DNA from: Clostridia bacterium
GTDB taxonomy: Bacteria > CBDUZB01 > JAGLHV01
Assembly: GCA_030637025.1 (NCBI GenBank)
Contig: DAOVVV010000021.1
Coordinates: 1-48,712, forward strand
DNA length: 48,712 bases
Reading direction: 5' to 3'
Shown one piece after another: positions 16,366 to 25,968 of the stretch; position 1 is the first letter of the stretch; every line of letters begins with the position of its first letter. The notes under the pieces are model-generated. The model ran no database searches. It was not told the DNA's origin and saw nothing but the letters and a program-made list of their open reading frames with translations. A program made the translations under genes and the position numbers.

Positions 16366-18644
16366 TATTTAGTCCTTTTATTTGAATCCGTAATTAAAAA
16401 TCTCCTCGTTGCCATTATACCGGCCGGAAGAATTAACATATCCCCAATAAGAGCAAAAAATAAAGTCAAAGCAATTAACAATCCAAATTCCCTGGTCGGC
16501 TGAAAACCGGATATTAAAAGAACTAAAAATCCGGCTATATTTATTATCGAAGTAGAAGTAACTGCACTTCCCACTGAGACAGTAGTTTCTCTTAAAGTAT
16601 CCGGAATTGAAATTTTGTTATTTTCAAGTTCCTTTCTAAAGCGGAAAATAAAATGAATAGTATCATCCACGGCAATACCCAGAGCAACCGAAGCTACCAT
16701 TACTGTTCCGGTATTCAGGGTAATCCCAAACCATCCCATAATCCCGATAATAGAAACTATGGGAAACAAATTAGCAATAATACTTAACCATCCGTATTTT
16801 ATTGACCGGAAAGCAATAAATAAAATTGCACAAACCAACAAAAAAGCTAAGGAGAAACCTTTTATTTGGCTTTTTAAGAGATATTCATTCATAAGATTAT
16901 ATAAATAGAGCGTCCCGGAGAAAAAAACATTTACTTTTGTTGTCGAAAAAGTATCCCTTGCCATTTTTTGTATTAAATCAGCTAAAAGTATACTTTCCCG
17001 GGAAGAAATAGATTCAATCTTTATTGATATTTTCCCCTGCTTATAATCAGGGGTAACTATATTTTTCAACTCTTCTCTGCCTTCGTCAGAAAAAGTAAAT
17101 AAAAATAATTCCTGTGCTATTAAAGATTTAGAATCGGGTATTTTATAATATTGGGAATTATCCTCTTTTAAAGCCTTATTTATTGTCTTGATATAATCTG
17201 CCAGCGAAATTACTTTTTTAACCCCGGAAATCTGTCTAATAGCACCGGATAATTTATCCATTTTTTTCAAAATTTCCGGGTCCTTTAATATATTTTCTTC
17301 TCCTTCAATAACTAAAGCCATATCCCCTATTCCGGAAAGATTTTTATTCACCATCATCGTAGATTTATAAAAATCATCTTCATGGGGAAACCATTCAATT
17401 TGATTTGTTTCTATCGTTATTTTAGTAATACCCCAGGCAAAAAAAACAAAAACCAACATTGCCGCTACTAAAATATATTTAAATCTCTTTTCATTAAATT
17501 CAGCAATTCCTTTTAACCACGATTGCCAATATTTATTCTCTTTTCCCCTTTGATTAACCGGTGATAAAATCAAACAGGAAGGGACAATGATAATAGAAAT
17601 AAAAAAGGCAGACATAATCCCAACGGCAGCACCTATGCCAAAATGCTTCACTGCATCAATAGGACTAATGACTAAGGATAATAATCCACAAGCAGTAGTT
17701 ATACTGGTAATAAAACACGGAAGTGTAATGTGTTCTAAAGTATTTATAAAAGTTTCTTTTTTACTGCCTTTTGCTTTTATTTCATCGAAATACTTTATTA
17801 TATGCACCCCGTCAGCTATGGATAAAATTACAATCAGCGGAATAAGCATCCCGGTTATAACATTGAAAGGATATCCTAAAAAAGAATAAAATCCCAGGGT
17901 GCATAATAAACTCATTCCTATGACCAAAAAGATAACAAAATTTTTATACCAGGAACGAAATAAAATAAAAATAAATAAGCAAATTACAGGAAGAACCAGC
18001 AACGGCAATATTCTCTGATTTTCTCTGGTAAAACGATTAAATTCAGTCAACATTTTCATATCACCGGAAAAAAATATTTCCAAATTTTCCGGCTTTCCCT
18101 GCTCAACAATCTCTTCCACCAAAGAGACTGCTTTATCTACTTTTTCCGAAGACATTTCCTCAAAAGCAATGACAATTGCTGTAAATTTACCATCGGAGGA
18201 AATCAGGTAATTTTTAAACAATTCATCTTCCATCGAATGTTTTTTTATTTTTACTAAATTATTTTCTTCCAGGCGGGAAAGAAGTGGACTAATTTCAATG
18301 CCATCTACAGTTCCGATTATTTTGTTGGCATTAGCCAGACTATGTACCGACTTTGCCTGAGATAGATTTTCAAGATAGGCTGTTTTTTCTTTGATATATC
18401 TTAAAATATCCAGGGAAAATATATTGTCAGAGCATAAAGCAATAATAAAATATCTTCCGCCTTCAAATACCTCACGATAATTTTCATACATAAGGTAATC
18501 AGGATTATCGCTAGAAAACCACACCTTAAGAGAATTATCCGTTTGGATATTAATCAAAAACCCAAAAACTACTGAAATAATAATAACAATAGTTAGATAC
18601 CAAAATCTAAATTTATATAAAATTTCAGCTAATTTTTTCATCAC
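16365..18644 (-). CDS. MMPL/RND-family transporter
   Basis: Two repeats with SIADGVHII and GIAVDDTIHF motifs. Confidence 0.9.
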   Translation of the reverse strand: MMKKLAEILYKFRFWYLTIVIIISVVFGFLINIQTDNSLKVWFSSDNPDYLMYENYREVFEGGRYFIIALCSDNIFSLDILRYIKEKTAYLENLSQAKSVHSLANANKIIGTVDGIEISPLLSRLEENNLVKIKKHSMEDELFKNYLISSDGKFTAIVIAFEEMSSEKVDKAVSLVEEIVEQGKPENLEIFFSGDMKMLTEFNRFTRENQRILPLLVLPVICLFIFILFRSWYKNFVIFLVIGMSLLCTLGFYSFLGYPFNVITGMLIPLIVILSIADGVHIIKYFDEIKAKGSKKETFINTLEHITLPCFITSITTACGLLSLVISPIDAVKHFGIGAAVGIMSAFFISIIIVPSCLILSPVNQRGKENKYWQSWLKGIAEFNEKRFKYILVAAMLVFVFFAWGITKITIETNQIEWFPHEDDFYKSTMMVNKNLSGIGDMALVIEGEENILKDPEILKKMDKLSGAIRQISGVKKVISLADYIKTINKALKEDNSQYYKIPDSKSLIAQELFLFTFSDEGREELKNIVTPDYKQGKISIKIESISSRESILLADLIQKMARDTFSTTKVNVFFSGTLYLYNLMNEYLLKSQIKGFSLAFLLVCAILFIAFRSIKYGWLSIIANLFPIVSIIGIMGWFGITLNTGTVMVASVALGIAVDDTIHFIFRFRKELENNKISIPDTLRETTVSVGSAVTSTSIINIAGFLVLLISGFQPTREFGLLIALTLFFALIGDMLILPAGIMATRRFLITDSNKRTK

Positions 18645-19417
18645 CTTTTTAATTCTTTTTTTTCAAAACGTTTCGCAGAAAGGCCTTGATTATATTTTAC
18701 TTTTTCTACTTTTATTAATGTCTTATGTCCGGTTTTATGATTCTCCATCAAAAGTTCCAATGCTGTCCAGATTTTATCAATCTGTTTTAATTTTAAGCAT
18801 TTATAAGTTTTTTCTATGTCTCCATTATTATTATAATAGTCTGCCTTCAGGGTAACAAAATTATCTTTCCTGACCCAGGAAAGTACTTTCGGATATTTAG
18901 AATCCGTATCTTTAGGATAGGAAATCAAAAGATAACACTCCTGCTCTTTATAAACTACCAATTCCTCCTTTAACCGGTAAGTGTAATCTTCTAATTTTCT
19001 ACCGGAAATATCCTCATAGGAAAAATCAGTGCCGGCAAAATTTTCATCTTTTTGATTAGTTGCAATTCTTCTTATCCTGCCTAAGGCAGGTAAATAAAGA
19101 AATCTTTCGTTATCTTCTCCCTTATGCTCCCAAACTAAAAAGGAGGTTCCGCTTATATCCTTAGGGTAAGTAAATTTCAGCAATAACTTATCTTCCCCGT
19201 TAAAATCCTTACGGATAACAAAAAGAGTTCTTTTTCTTTCCCTTCCTTTCTTGTCGGTTAAAATCATTTTCATTTTTAAATCTGAATCCTTACCCGCTTC
19301 TCTTTTATCTATCTTCCCGGCAACCCACAATCCTGTCTGTTGGGGAAAAACCTCTTTTATATTTATATTGACAAATATAAAAACCAAACTTAACACACAC
19401 AATAAATAATGTTTCAT
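18641..19417 (-). CDS. LolA-like outer-membrane lipoprotein-sorting protein
   Basis: FTYPKDISGTSFL, LYLPALGRIRRI, FAGTDFSYEDI. Confidence 0.85.
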   Translation of the reverse strand: MKHYLLCVLSLVFIFVNINIKEVFPQQTGLWVAGKIDKREAGKDSDLKMKMILTDKKGRERKRTLFVIRKDFNGEDKLLLKFTYPKDISGTSFLVWEHKGEDNERFLYLPALGRIRRIATNQKDENFAGTDFSYEDISGRKLEDYTYRLKEELVVYKEQECYLLISYPKDTDSKYPKVLSWVRKDNFVTLKADYYNNNGDIEKTYKCLKLKQIDKIWTALELLMENHKTGHKTLIKVEKVKYNQGLSAKRFEKKELKR

Positions 19418-19518
19418 CTTTTTATCTCCTCAATAATCCAGGTACGTTAAAATATTCTGTTAACAGTCCCATAAATTATGCAGTATTAATCCGGTTAATT
19501 ATTCTTTACCTAAATTTT

Positions 19519-19812
19519 TTACAAATAAACAACTTTATCAAGAATATACTTTCCAATTTGTGTTTTTAATACTTCTTTCGAAACTAAATCAATTTCTGTT
19601 TTTAATACATTTTTAAAATACTTTTCTAAATTCATAAATTCAAAAATACCGATAGGTTCTTCAAACTCAACTAAAATATCTATAGTACTTTTTTCTACCG
19701 GTTTACCTTTAACATAGTCTCCAAAAATACCTATCTCTCTTATTTTATATTTTTGTTTTAACTCTTCCTTATGCTCAGATAAAACATTTTTTATTTCCTT
19801 TATTGTTTTCAT
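19519..19812 (-). CDS. Minimal nucleotidyltransferase (MNT) family protein with degenerate motif
   Basis: IGIFGDYVKG...STIDILVEF...IDLVS; 97 aa. Confidence 0.8.
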   Translation of the reverse strand: MKTIKEIKNVLSEHKEELKQKYKIREIGIFGDYVKGKPVEKSTIDILVEFEEPIGIFEFMNLEKYFKNVLKTEIDLVSKEVLKTQIGKYILDKVVYL

Positions 19813-20142
19813 CTTTTTCCCCTCCCCTTTTTATTATCTAATTCATATTATCAAACTCTGCTTAAATTTTCAAGCCAAACCTTATCTTATTTATACTGTT
19901 TCCCTAAATCCGATATTGAAAAAAGTAAATAGACGGGAAAGAGCAAAAAAAAATTCACCGACTAAGTGAAAAAAAATAATCCGCCAATAAGTAATGACGG
20001 ACAATGGAAGTTGCAGAATGCAAAGAAGAAATAAAGGACCTCTGCCGGTAATGGGATTTATTCCTGAAACAAATAGGGAAGGAATGTACCTCCTCCGGAC
20101 AAAGCCTAAGACCAATATCAAAATTTGGATAATAAAAAATTA

Positions 20143-20171
20143 TTGACAAATATCATTGTTTTATATATAAT
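20143..20171 (+). promoter_or_regulatory. Consensus sigma70 promoter of ilvE
   Basis: TTGACA-17 bp-TATAAT. Confidence 0.85.
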
Positions 20172-20219
20172 TTTTTTGGTTTTTAATAAATCAACTACAA
20201 GACCGAAGAGGAGGGTTTT

Positions 20220-21137
20220 ATGACTTTTGGAAAAGGATTAATCTGGTATAACGGCAAATTTGTTAATTGGTCAGAAGCAACAACACATATTCTTTCCCAT
20301 GTGATTCATTATGGTTCTTCTATTTTTGAAAGTATGCGCTGTTATAAAAACGATAAGGGTCCTGTTATTTTTCGCTTAGAAGCTCACATAGACCGCCTTT
20401 ATGAATCAGCAAAGATATATCGGATAGAAATTCCCTTTTCTAAACAAACTTTTATTGACGCGGTAATTGAAACTGTCCGCAAAAATAATCTTAAGGAATG
20501 TTACATCCGTCCCTTTGTTTTCCGGGGATATGGAAATATGGGCCTGAATCCTTTGGAAAACCCTGTTTGCTGTGCCATTGCCGCCTGGGAATGGGGAGAA
20601 TATTTAGGTGAAGGAGTCCGGGAAAAAGGAGTATCCGTACGCGTTTCTTCCTGGAGAAGGCCGGCACCAAATACTTTCCCGGCTTTAGCTAAGGCCGGTG
20701 GCAACTACCTTAATTCACAATTAATTAAAATGGAAGCTGTTCAGGATGGATTTGATGAAGGTATTGCTTTAGATGCTTATGGTTATGTTTCTGAAGGTTC
20801 GGGTGAAAACATCTTTATGATCAAAAACGGTGTTATTTATACCCCCCCAACCAGTTCTTCTATTCTAGCTGGAATTACCCGTCATAGTATCTTTGTTATT
20901 GCCCGAAATTTAAAAATCAGAGTGGAACAACATCTTATCCCCCGGGAAGCCTTATATATAGCTGATGAAGTATTTTTTACCGGGACAGCTGTAGAAATAA
21001 CACCTGTCGTTAAAATAGATAATATTCCTATCAGTAACGGAAAAAGAGGAACTATTACCGCAAAACTTCAGGACGAATTTTTTGGTATTATTCAAGGTAA
21101 GACTCCCGACCCTCAGCAATGGTTAACCTATCTATAA
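20220..21137 (+). CDS. ilvE: Branched-chain amino acid aminotransferase
   Basis: [44 protein letters not shown]. Confidence 0.95.
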   Translation: MTFGKGLIWYNGKFVNWSEATTHILSHVIHYGSSIFESMRCYKNDKGPVIFRLEAHIDRLYESAKIYRIEIPFSKQTFIDAVIETVRKNNLKECYIRPFVFRGYGNMGLNPLENPVCCAIAAWEWGEYLGEGVREKGVSVRVSSWRRPAPNTFPALAKAGGNYLNSQLIKMEAVQDGFDEGIALDAYGYVSEGSGENIFMIKNGVIYTPPTSSSILAGITRHSIFVIARNLKIRVEQHLIPREALYIADEVFFTGTAVEITPVVKIDNIPISNGKRGTITAKLQDEFFGIIQGKTPDPQQWLTYL

Positions 21138-21197
21138 AAACGCAGAATAAATTCGTTGCGGTTATTTTTTCTTTAAGGTAAATGAGTTTCTCATTAT

Positions 21198-22691
21198 TTA
21201 TTTACCAACGACAAAACTTTCTGTTGTTTTTATTTTCTTTTGTTGTGCTTTTTTATACAATTTTGTGTAATCTCTAGCTGCTTTGTCCCATGAAAAAGTT
21301 GCTTCCATTGTGTTTCTTATCAGTTTATCCCATTTTTTCTTAACTTTATATGTTTTTATTGCTATCCTAATTGCTTCCAAAAGACTTTTTGCCTTGTATT
21401 CAGTAAAAAGAAATCCTTTTCCTTTGCCTGTTTTAGGATTAAAAAAATCTACTGTATCCGCTAATCCACCTGTTTTATGAACAATAGGAACAGAACCATA
21501 AGCAAAACTAATTAGTTGTCCTAAACCGCATGGTTCAAAATGTGAAGGAATAAGAAACATATCACTACCGGCATAAATTTTATGTGCTAATTTATTATCG
21601 AATTTTAAACTAACACTTATTCTACGAGGATATTTTTTACCTATTTTTTTAAACAACTCCATATACTCAGGGTCTCCTGTTCCTAAAATAACCAGTTGTA
21701 AATTCATTTTCATCATCCGGCCAATTGCTTCATGAAGAATGTCCAACCCTTTTTGAGCATCCAAACGAGCAATCAAACCAATTAAAGGAATATCCGAAAC
21801 AACAGGTAAATCACTTATCTTTTGCAAGTTTTTTTTGCAAATAATTTTTCCTTCTAAATTATCTAAACTATATTGAGCAATAATGTTTTGATCCTGTTGA
21901 GGATTCCATATAGTATAATCTATGCCGTTTATTATTCCATAAAGATCTTTTTTCCTATATACAAGCACTCCTTCCATCCCCCTACCAAATTCTTTTCCGG
22001 TTTGAATCTGACGACTGTAAGTCTTACTAACCGTATTTAATATTTCCGCATAAACCAAACCCGTTTTCATAAAATTAATTCGGCCGTGATATTCCAACCG
22101 TTGCGGAACAAAATCCCACAAATCAAACCCGGATAAATAAAAAACATCTTTGGGGAAAACACCCTGATAAGCAATATTATGTATGGTATAAAGAACAGCA
22201 GTACGGAGAAAAAAAGAATCTAATTTATAAAGGGTTTTAAGGTAAGCAGGAATAAGCCCGGTCTGCCAGTCATTACAATGAATTATGTCGGGCTTAAAAT
22301 CTATCGCTTTAGTTATTTCTAAAACGGCACGAGAGAAAAAAATAAACCTTTCCCCATTATCCGGATAATCCCCTAAAGGGGTCTGGTATAAATCATCACG
22401 ATTATAATATTTCTCATTATCTACAAAATAAACCCGAATAGGGTCTTTTGAATTAATTTTACCTTCCATTACTGTAGCTAATTCTACTTTTTTATTAAAA
22501 GAAACAGGGATATTTTGAGCAATAATTTTTAAATCAAATTCTTTAGCTTCTATTTTTTTATATCGGGGCATAATCACACGAACATCATGTTTGAGCTTTT
22601 TCAATGCCTTAGGTAATGCTCCGATCACATCGGCTAATCCTCCTGTTTTAGCAAAAGGAACGCATTCTGAAGCGGCTATTAAAATATTCAA
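21198..22691 (-). CDS. glgA: Glycogen synthase
   Basis: KTGGLADV, HCNDWQT, TIHNIAYQG, FEPCGLGQ. Confidence 0.95.
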   Translation of the reverse strand: MNILIAASECVPFAKTGGLADVIGALPKALKKLKHDVRVIMPRYKKIEAKEFDLKIIAQNIPVSFNKKVELATVMEGKINSKDPIRVYFVDNEKYYNRDDLYQTPLGDYPDNGERFIFFSRAVLEITKAIDFKPDIIHCNDWQTGLIPAYLKTLYKLDSFFLRTAVLYTIHNIAYQGVFPKDVFYLSGFDLWDFVPQRLEYHGRINFMKTGLVYAEILNTVSKTYSRQIQTGKEFGRGMEGVLVYRKKDLYGIINGIDYTIWNPQQDQNIIAQYSLDNLEGKIICKKNLQKISDLPVVSDIPLIGLIARLDAQKGLDILHEAIGRMMKMNLQLVILGTGDPEYMELFKKIGKKYPRRISVSLKFDNKLAHKIYAGSDMFLIPSHFEPCGLGQLISFAYGSVPIVHKTGGLADTVDFFNPKTGKGKGFLFTEYKAKSLLEAIRIAIKTYKVKKKWDKLIRNTMEATFSWDKAARDYTKLYKKAQQKKIKTTESFVVGK

Positions 22692-22711
22692 ATTTTTTCT
22701 CCTGCTACTCT

Positions 22712-23710
22712 TTACTCTTCTACTTCCCTTAAAAATTTTGCTGCTTCTTCCGGAGAAGTAGGATTAACATAAAAACCGGTTCCCCATTCAAACCCAGCTA
22801 CTTTAGTTAATTTAGGTATAATTTCTATGTGCCAGTGATAATAAGGAAGACCGGCATTATTAAGTGGGGCACTATGAATAATGTAATTAAAGGGGGGATT
22901 GTCCAAAACTTTATTTATTCTTTCTAAAATTTCCTTTAATACCCTGGCAAGACTAATTACTTCTCTTTTTTGAATGTCTTCAAAACGACAAGCATGCACT
23001 TTAGGTAAAATCCAGGTTTCAAAAGGAAAACGGGGAGCAAATGGTTCTACAACTACAAAATCTTCATTTTCAATTATCAAACGTTCCCGGGTGTTAATCT
23101 CCTGCCTTACTATATCACAAAATACACACCTTTCCTTATATTCATAATAAGATTTTGCCCCTCTTAACTCTTCTTTTACTCTTTTGGGAACAATAGGAGT
23201 AGCTATCAATTGAGAGTGGGGATGAGATAACAATGCCCCTGCTCCTGTTCCTCGATTTTTAAAAATAAGAATATATTGAAAACGAACATCCTTTTTTAAA
23301 TCTATAATTCTATTCCGGTAAACCCAAATAATATCTTCAATATTTTTATTTTCCAATTCAAAAATTTCTTTATGATGATCCGGTGTCTCAATAATTATTT
23401 CATGAGCTCCAACCCCGTTCATCCGGTCATACATGCCTTCCCCTGCTCGATTTAAATGTCCCTCTATTTGTAAAATGGGAAATTTATTAGGAACAACTCG
23501 CACCCACCACCCCGGAGAATCTTTTTCTGAAGTTTCTTCCCGGTAAGCAATAATTTCCGGAGGTGTTTTATCTTCCTGTCCGGCACAAAAAGGACAAAAA
23601 CCGACATTGGACACTTCCGGTTCTATGGAAAAATCAGAAGGCCTTTTTCCCCTTTCAGTAGAAATAATTACCCATCTTCCTATAATAGGATCCTTCCTCA
23701 ATTCCGGCAT
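22712..23710 (-). CDS. galT: Galactose-1-phosphate uridylyltransferase
   Basis: ELRKDPI, RGKRP, CPFC, HPHSQ, HWHIEI. Confidence 0.92.
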   Translation of the reverse strand: MPELRKDPIIGRWVIISTERGKRPSDFSIEPEVSNVGFCPFCAGQEDKTPPEIIAYREETSEKDSPGWWVRVVPNKFPILQIEGHLNRAGEGMYDRMNGVGAHEIIIETPDHHKEIFELENKNIEDIIWVYRNRIIDLKKDVRFQYILIFKNRGTGAGALLSHPHSQLIATPIVPKRVKEELRGAKSYYEYKERCVFCDIVRQEINTRERLIIENEDFVVVEPFAPRFPFETWILPKVHACRFEDIQKREVISLARVLKEILERINKVLDNPPFNYIIHSAPLNNAGLPYYHWHIEIIPKLTKVAGFEWGTGFYVNPTSPEEAAKFLREVEE

Positions 23711-23906
23711 TTAAATAGCACCCCCCGCTTTTTTTACCCTTCTTGAAAGCTCCACTAACCTCAATATTTAATAACCCTTCATTTTTTAGTCTATAAAATA
23801 ATTGTAAGATTTATAATTCATCCGTCGAAATAAACCTTAAAATTCTCTAAAAAGCATTCTTCTTTCCTCTCTACTGTTTAGATGTTACAAAATTAATTTT
23901 TAAAAG

Positions 23907-25967
23907 TCAAGGGGATTGCCCATCTTTATTTAAACCTATATCTTTTAATCTTTTCTGCAGAAAAAATAAGTTTTCTCCGGCAATAGAAAAATCAGGGTCT
24001 ATTTGCAAAGCTTTAAGATAACATTCTCTTGCTTTTTTCCAGTTTTTCATCTTAGTATAAATATATCCTAAATTATTATAAATATCTTTGTTATCAGAAT
24101 CTAATTTTAAAGCTCTATTATAAAGCATTAATCCTTCATTTAACATTTCTTTTTCCAGATAAATCTGCCCTAAATTAATATGAATAAATAGATTAAGGGG
24201 ATTAATTTTTAATGCCTGCTTATAATTTTCCACCGCCTTCTCCCATTGTTTTATCTTAGAATACTGCACCCCCAGATTAAAATATATCTCATCATACCCC
24301 GGATGAGCACGTATGGCATCCTGATAAGCCCTGAGAGAACCTTTTATATTCCCTCTTTTCGTCAACAGATTTCCTAATTGATAATTAGTACGTACACAAA
24401 AAGGGTTTAGCCGATATGCTTTCTTATATTCAATAATTGCTTTATCGTAAAAATTAGAATTTCCTGACAATTTATGCCCTTTAAAAAAATAGGCCACAGC
24501 AGCAAAATCTTTTATTTCCTTACAGATTATTATTACGATTAAACTTAAAAAAATTATACTCAAAAGGTAAAAATTTTTTAAAAACCCCTTGTTTTTAGTC
24601 TTCTTCAAATCAATTAAAATACTATTTTCTCTTCCTTCTACTTTTTCCCCCATATTTATCAAAAATCCCACATTCAACCATAAAAAAAATGCAGGCACAG
24701 GAAAATGAAGGGAAACATTAAACATACTATCTACAAAAACACCTGTTATAGCACCTATAAAACAAGGAATTAACACCTTCTCTTCCCTTTTTGTTTTTAT
24801 ACGGCTTAATCTCTTTACCAGATAATAACAGTATTTTCCTAAACAGAATAAGAGGTAGCAAAAGACAAGTAACCCAATAATACCTACCTGGGATAATATT
24901 TCCAATATTTCATTGTGTGCATTATTAGCATGAGTGCGAAAATGCCTAAAACGCTGTTCATTTAGAAATTGCCCCTGATAAAAAGGATAAAACAATTCAA
25001 AACAACCCCATCCGCACCCAAAAAAAAGATTGTCCCTTGATATTGCCAATGCCGTTTTCCAAATAAGCAAGCGTTGATACACCGACTGATTACTTTTTCT
25101 TACAGAAAAAGTTGAATATGCCCTTTCGACAACATTAGTTCCTTTCTCTACTGCCCGGCTACGAGGAAAAAACGAAACAATTAAAACAATCAAAACGAAG
25201 AAGCTTATCAGCCATTTTTTATTTCTTAAAATTATTCTTTTATCTATTACTGACCATAAACCAAACATACAAATAAACGCAGAAAGAAAGCCTAACCATG
25301 AACTGCGACAGAAAGTAAAAAGTAAAGTAATAAAAGCAAGAAAAAACAAAGTAAAAAAAAGGATTTTTTTCAAGAAAGAACATTCCTTAATAACAAAACC
25401 AAAAATTAAAGGTAAAACTAAAACCAGGAAAGTAGATAAAAAATTGGGATTGCCAAAAGTAGAAATACATCGTTCACTAAAAGGATTTAAATTATGTTTC
25501 CAGATTATTTCCAATCCTAAATATTGTAAAAGTCCATAACCACAAACAAGGAAAGTTAATAAAAAAATTAAATAGATGTTTTTTTTTAGATTTTTTTTAT
25601 CCGATAAAAAATAAACCGCACCATAAAAAACTAAAATAACATTATTAAGAAGAAAAAATAGTTTTTTAAATCCCCAGACATATACAGCCTCTTTCATTTG
25701 CCAATGGGCAAACAAAGAACAAATAAAAGAAAAAAGGCACACGAAAAAAAATAAACCAAAAGGGATATCCAGACAGGTTTTTATGAAAGTTACTTTTTTT
25801 TCTATTAAATTTTTTATTATCCATATTCCCCAGATTAATAAAATAATAATATTTAACAATACTCCTTGAATATAATAAGGATTCCGGGTAAAGTCTGTTA
25901 AAAAAATAAGGGGAGGAACTAATATCAGAAGATAAAAAAGATATCTGATCAACTTATAAGCAATCAC
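23907..25967 (-). CDS. O-antigen ligase (Wzy_C) family protein with C-terminal TPRs
   Basis: STFGNPNF, RSSWLG, GCGWGCF, AHNEILE, TPR repeats. Confidence 0.88.
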   Translation of the reverse strand: MIAYKLIRYLFYLLILVPPLIFLTDFTRNPYYIQGVLLNIIILLIWGIWIIKNLIEKKVTFIKTCLDIPFGLFFFVCLFSFICSLFAHWQMKEAVYVWGFKKLFFLLNNVILVFYGAVYFLSDKKNLKKNIYLIFLLTFLVCGYGLLQYLGLEIIWKHNLNPFSERCISTFGNPNFLSTFLVLVLPLIFGFVIKECSFLKKILFFTLFFLAFITLLFTFCRSSWLGFLSAFICMFGLWSVIDKRIILRNKKWLISFFVLIVLIVSFFPRSRAVEKGTNVVERAYSTFSVRKSNQSVYQRLLIWKTALAISRDNLFFGCGWGCFELFYPFYQGQFLNEQRFRHFRTHANNAHNEILEILSQVGIIGLLVFCYLLFCLGKYCYYLVKRLSRIKTKREEKVLIPCFIGAITGVFVDSMFNVSLHFPVPAFFLWLNVGFLINMGEKVEGRENSILIDLKKTKNKGFLKNFYLLSIIFLSLIVIIICKEIKDFAAVAYFFKGHKLSGNSNFYDKAIIEYKKAYRLNPFCVRTNYQLGNLLTKRGNIKGSLRAYQDAIRAHPGYDEIYFNLGVQYSKIKQWEKAVENYKQALKINPLNLFIHINLGQIYLEKEMLNEGLMLYNRALKLDSDNKDIYNNLGYIYTKMKNWKKARECYLKALQIDPDFSIAGENLFFLQKRLKDIGLNKDGQSP

Positions 25968-25968
25968 A

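Noticed and set aside
19891-20149. Two short minus-strand ORFs
   Set aside because: No family motifs, weak starts, overlapping each other and the ilvE promoter.
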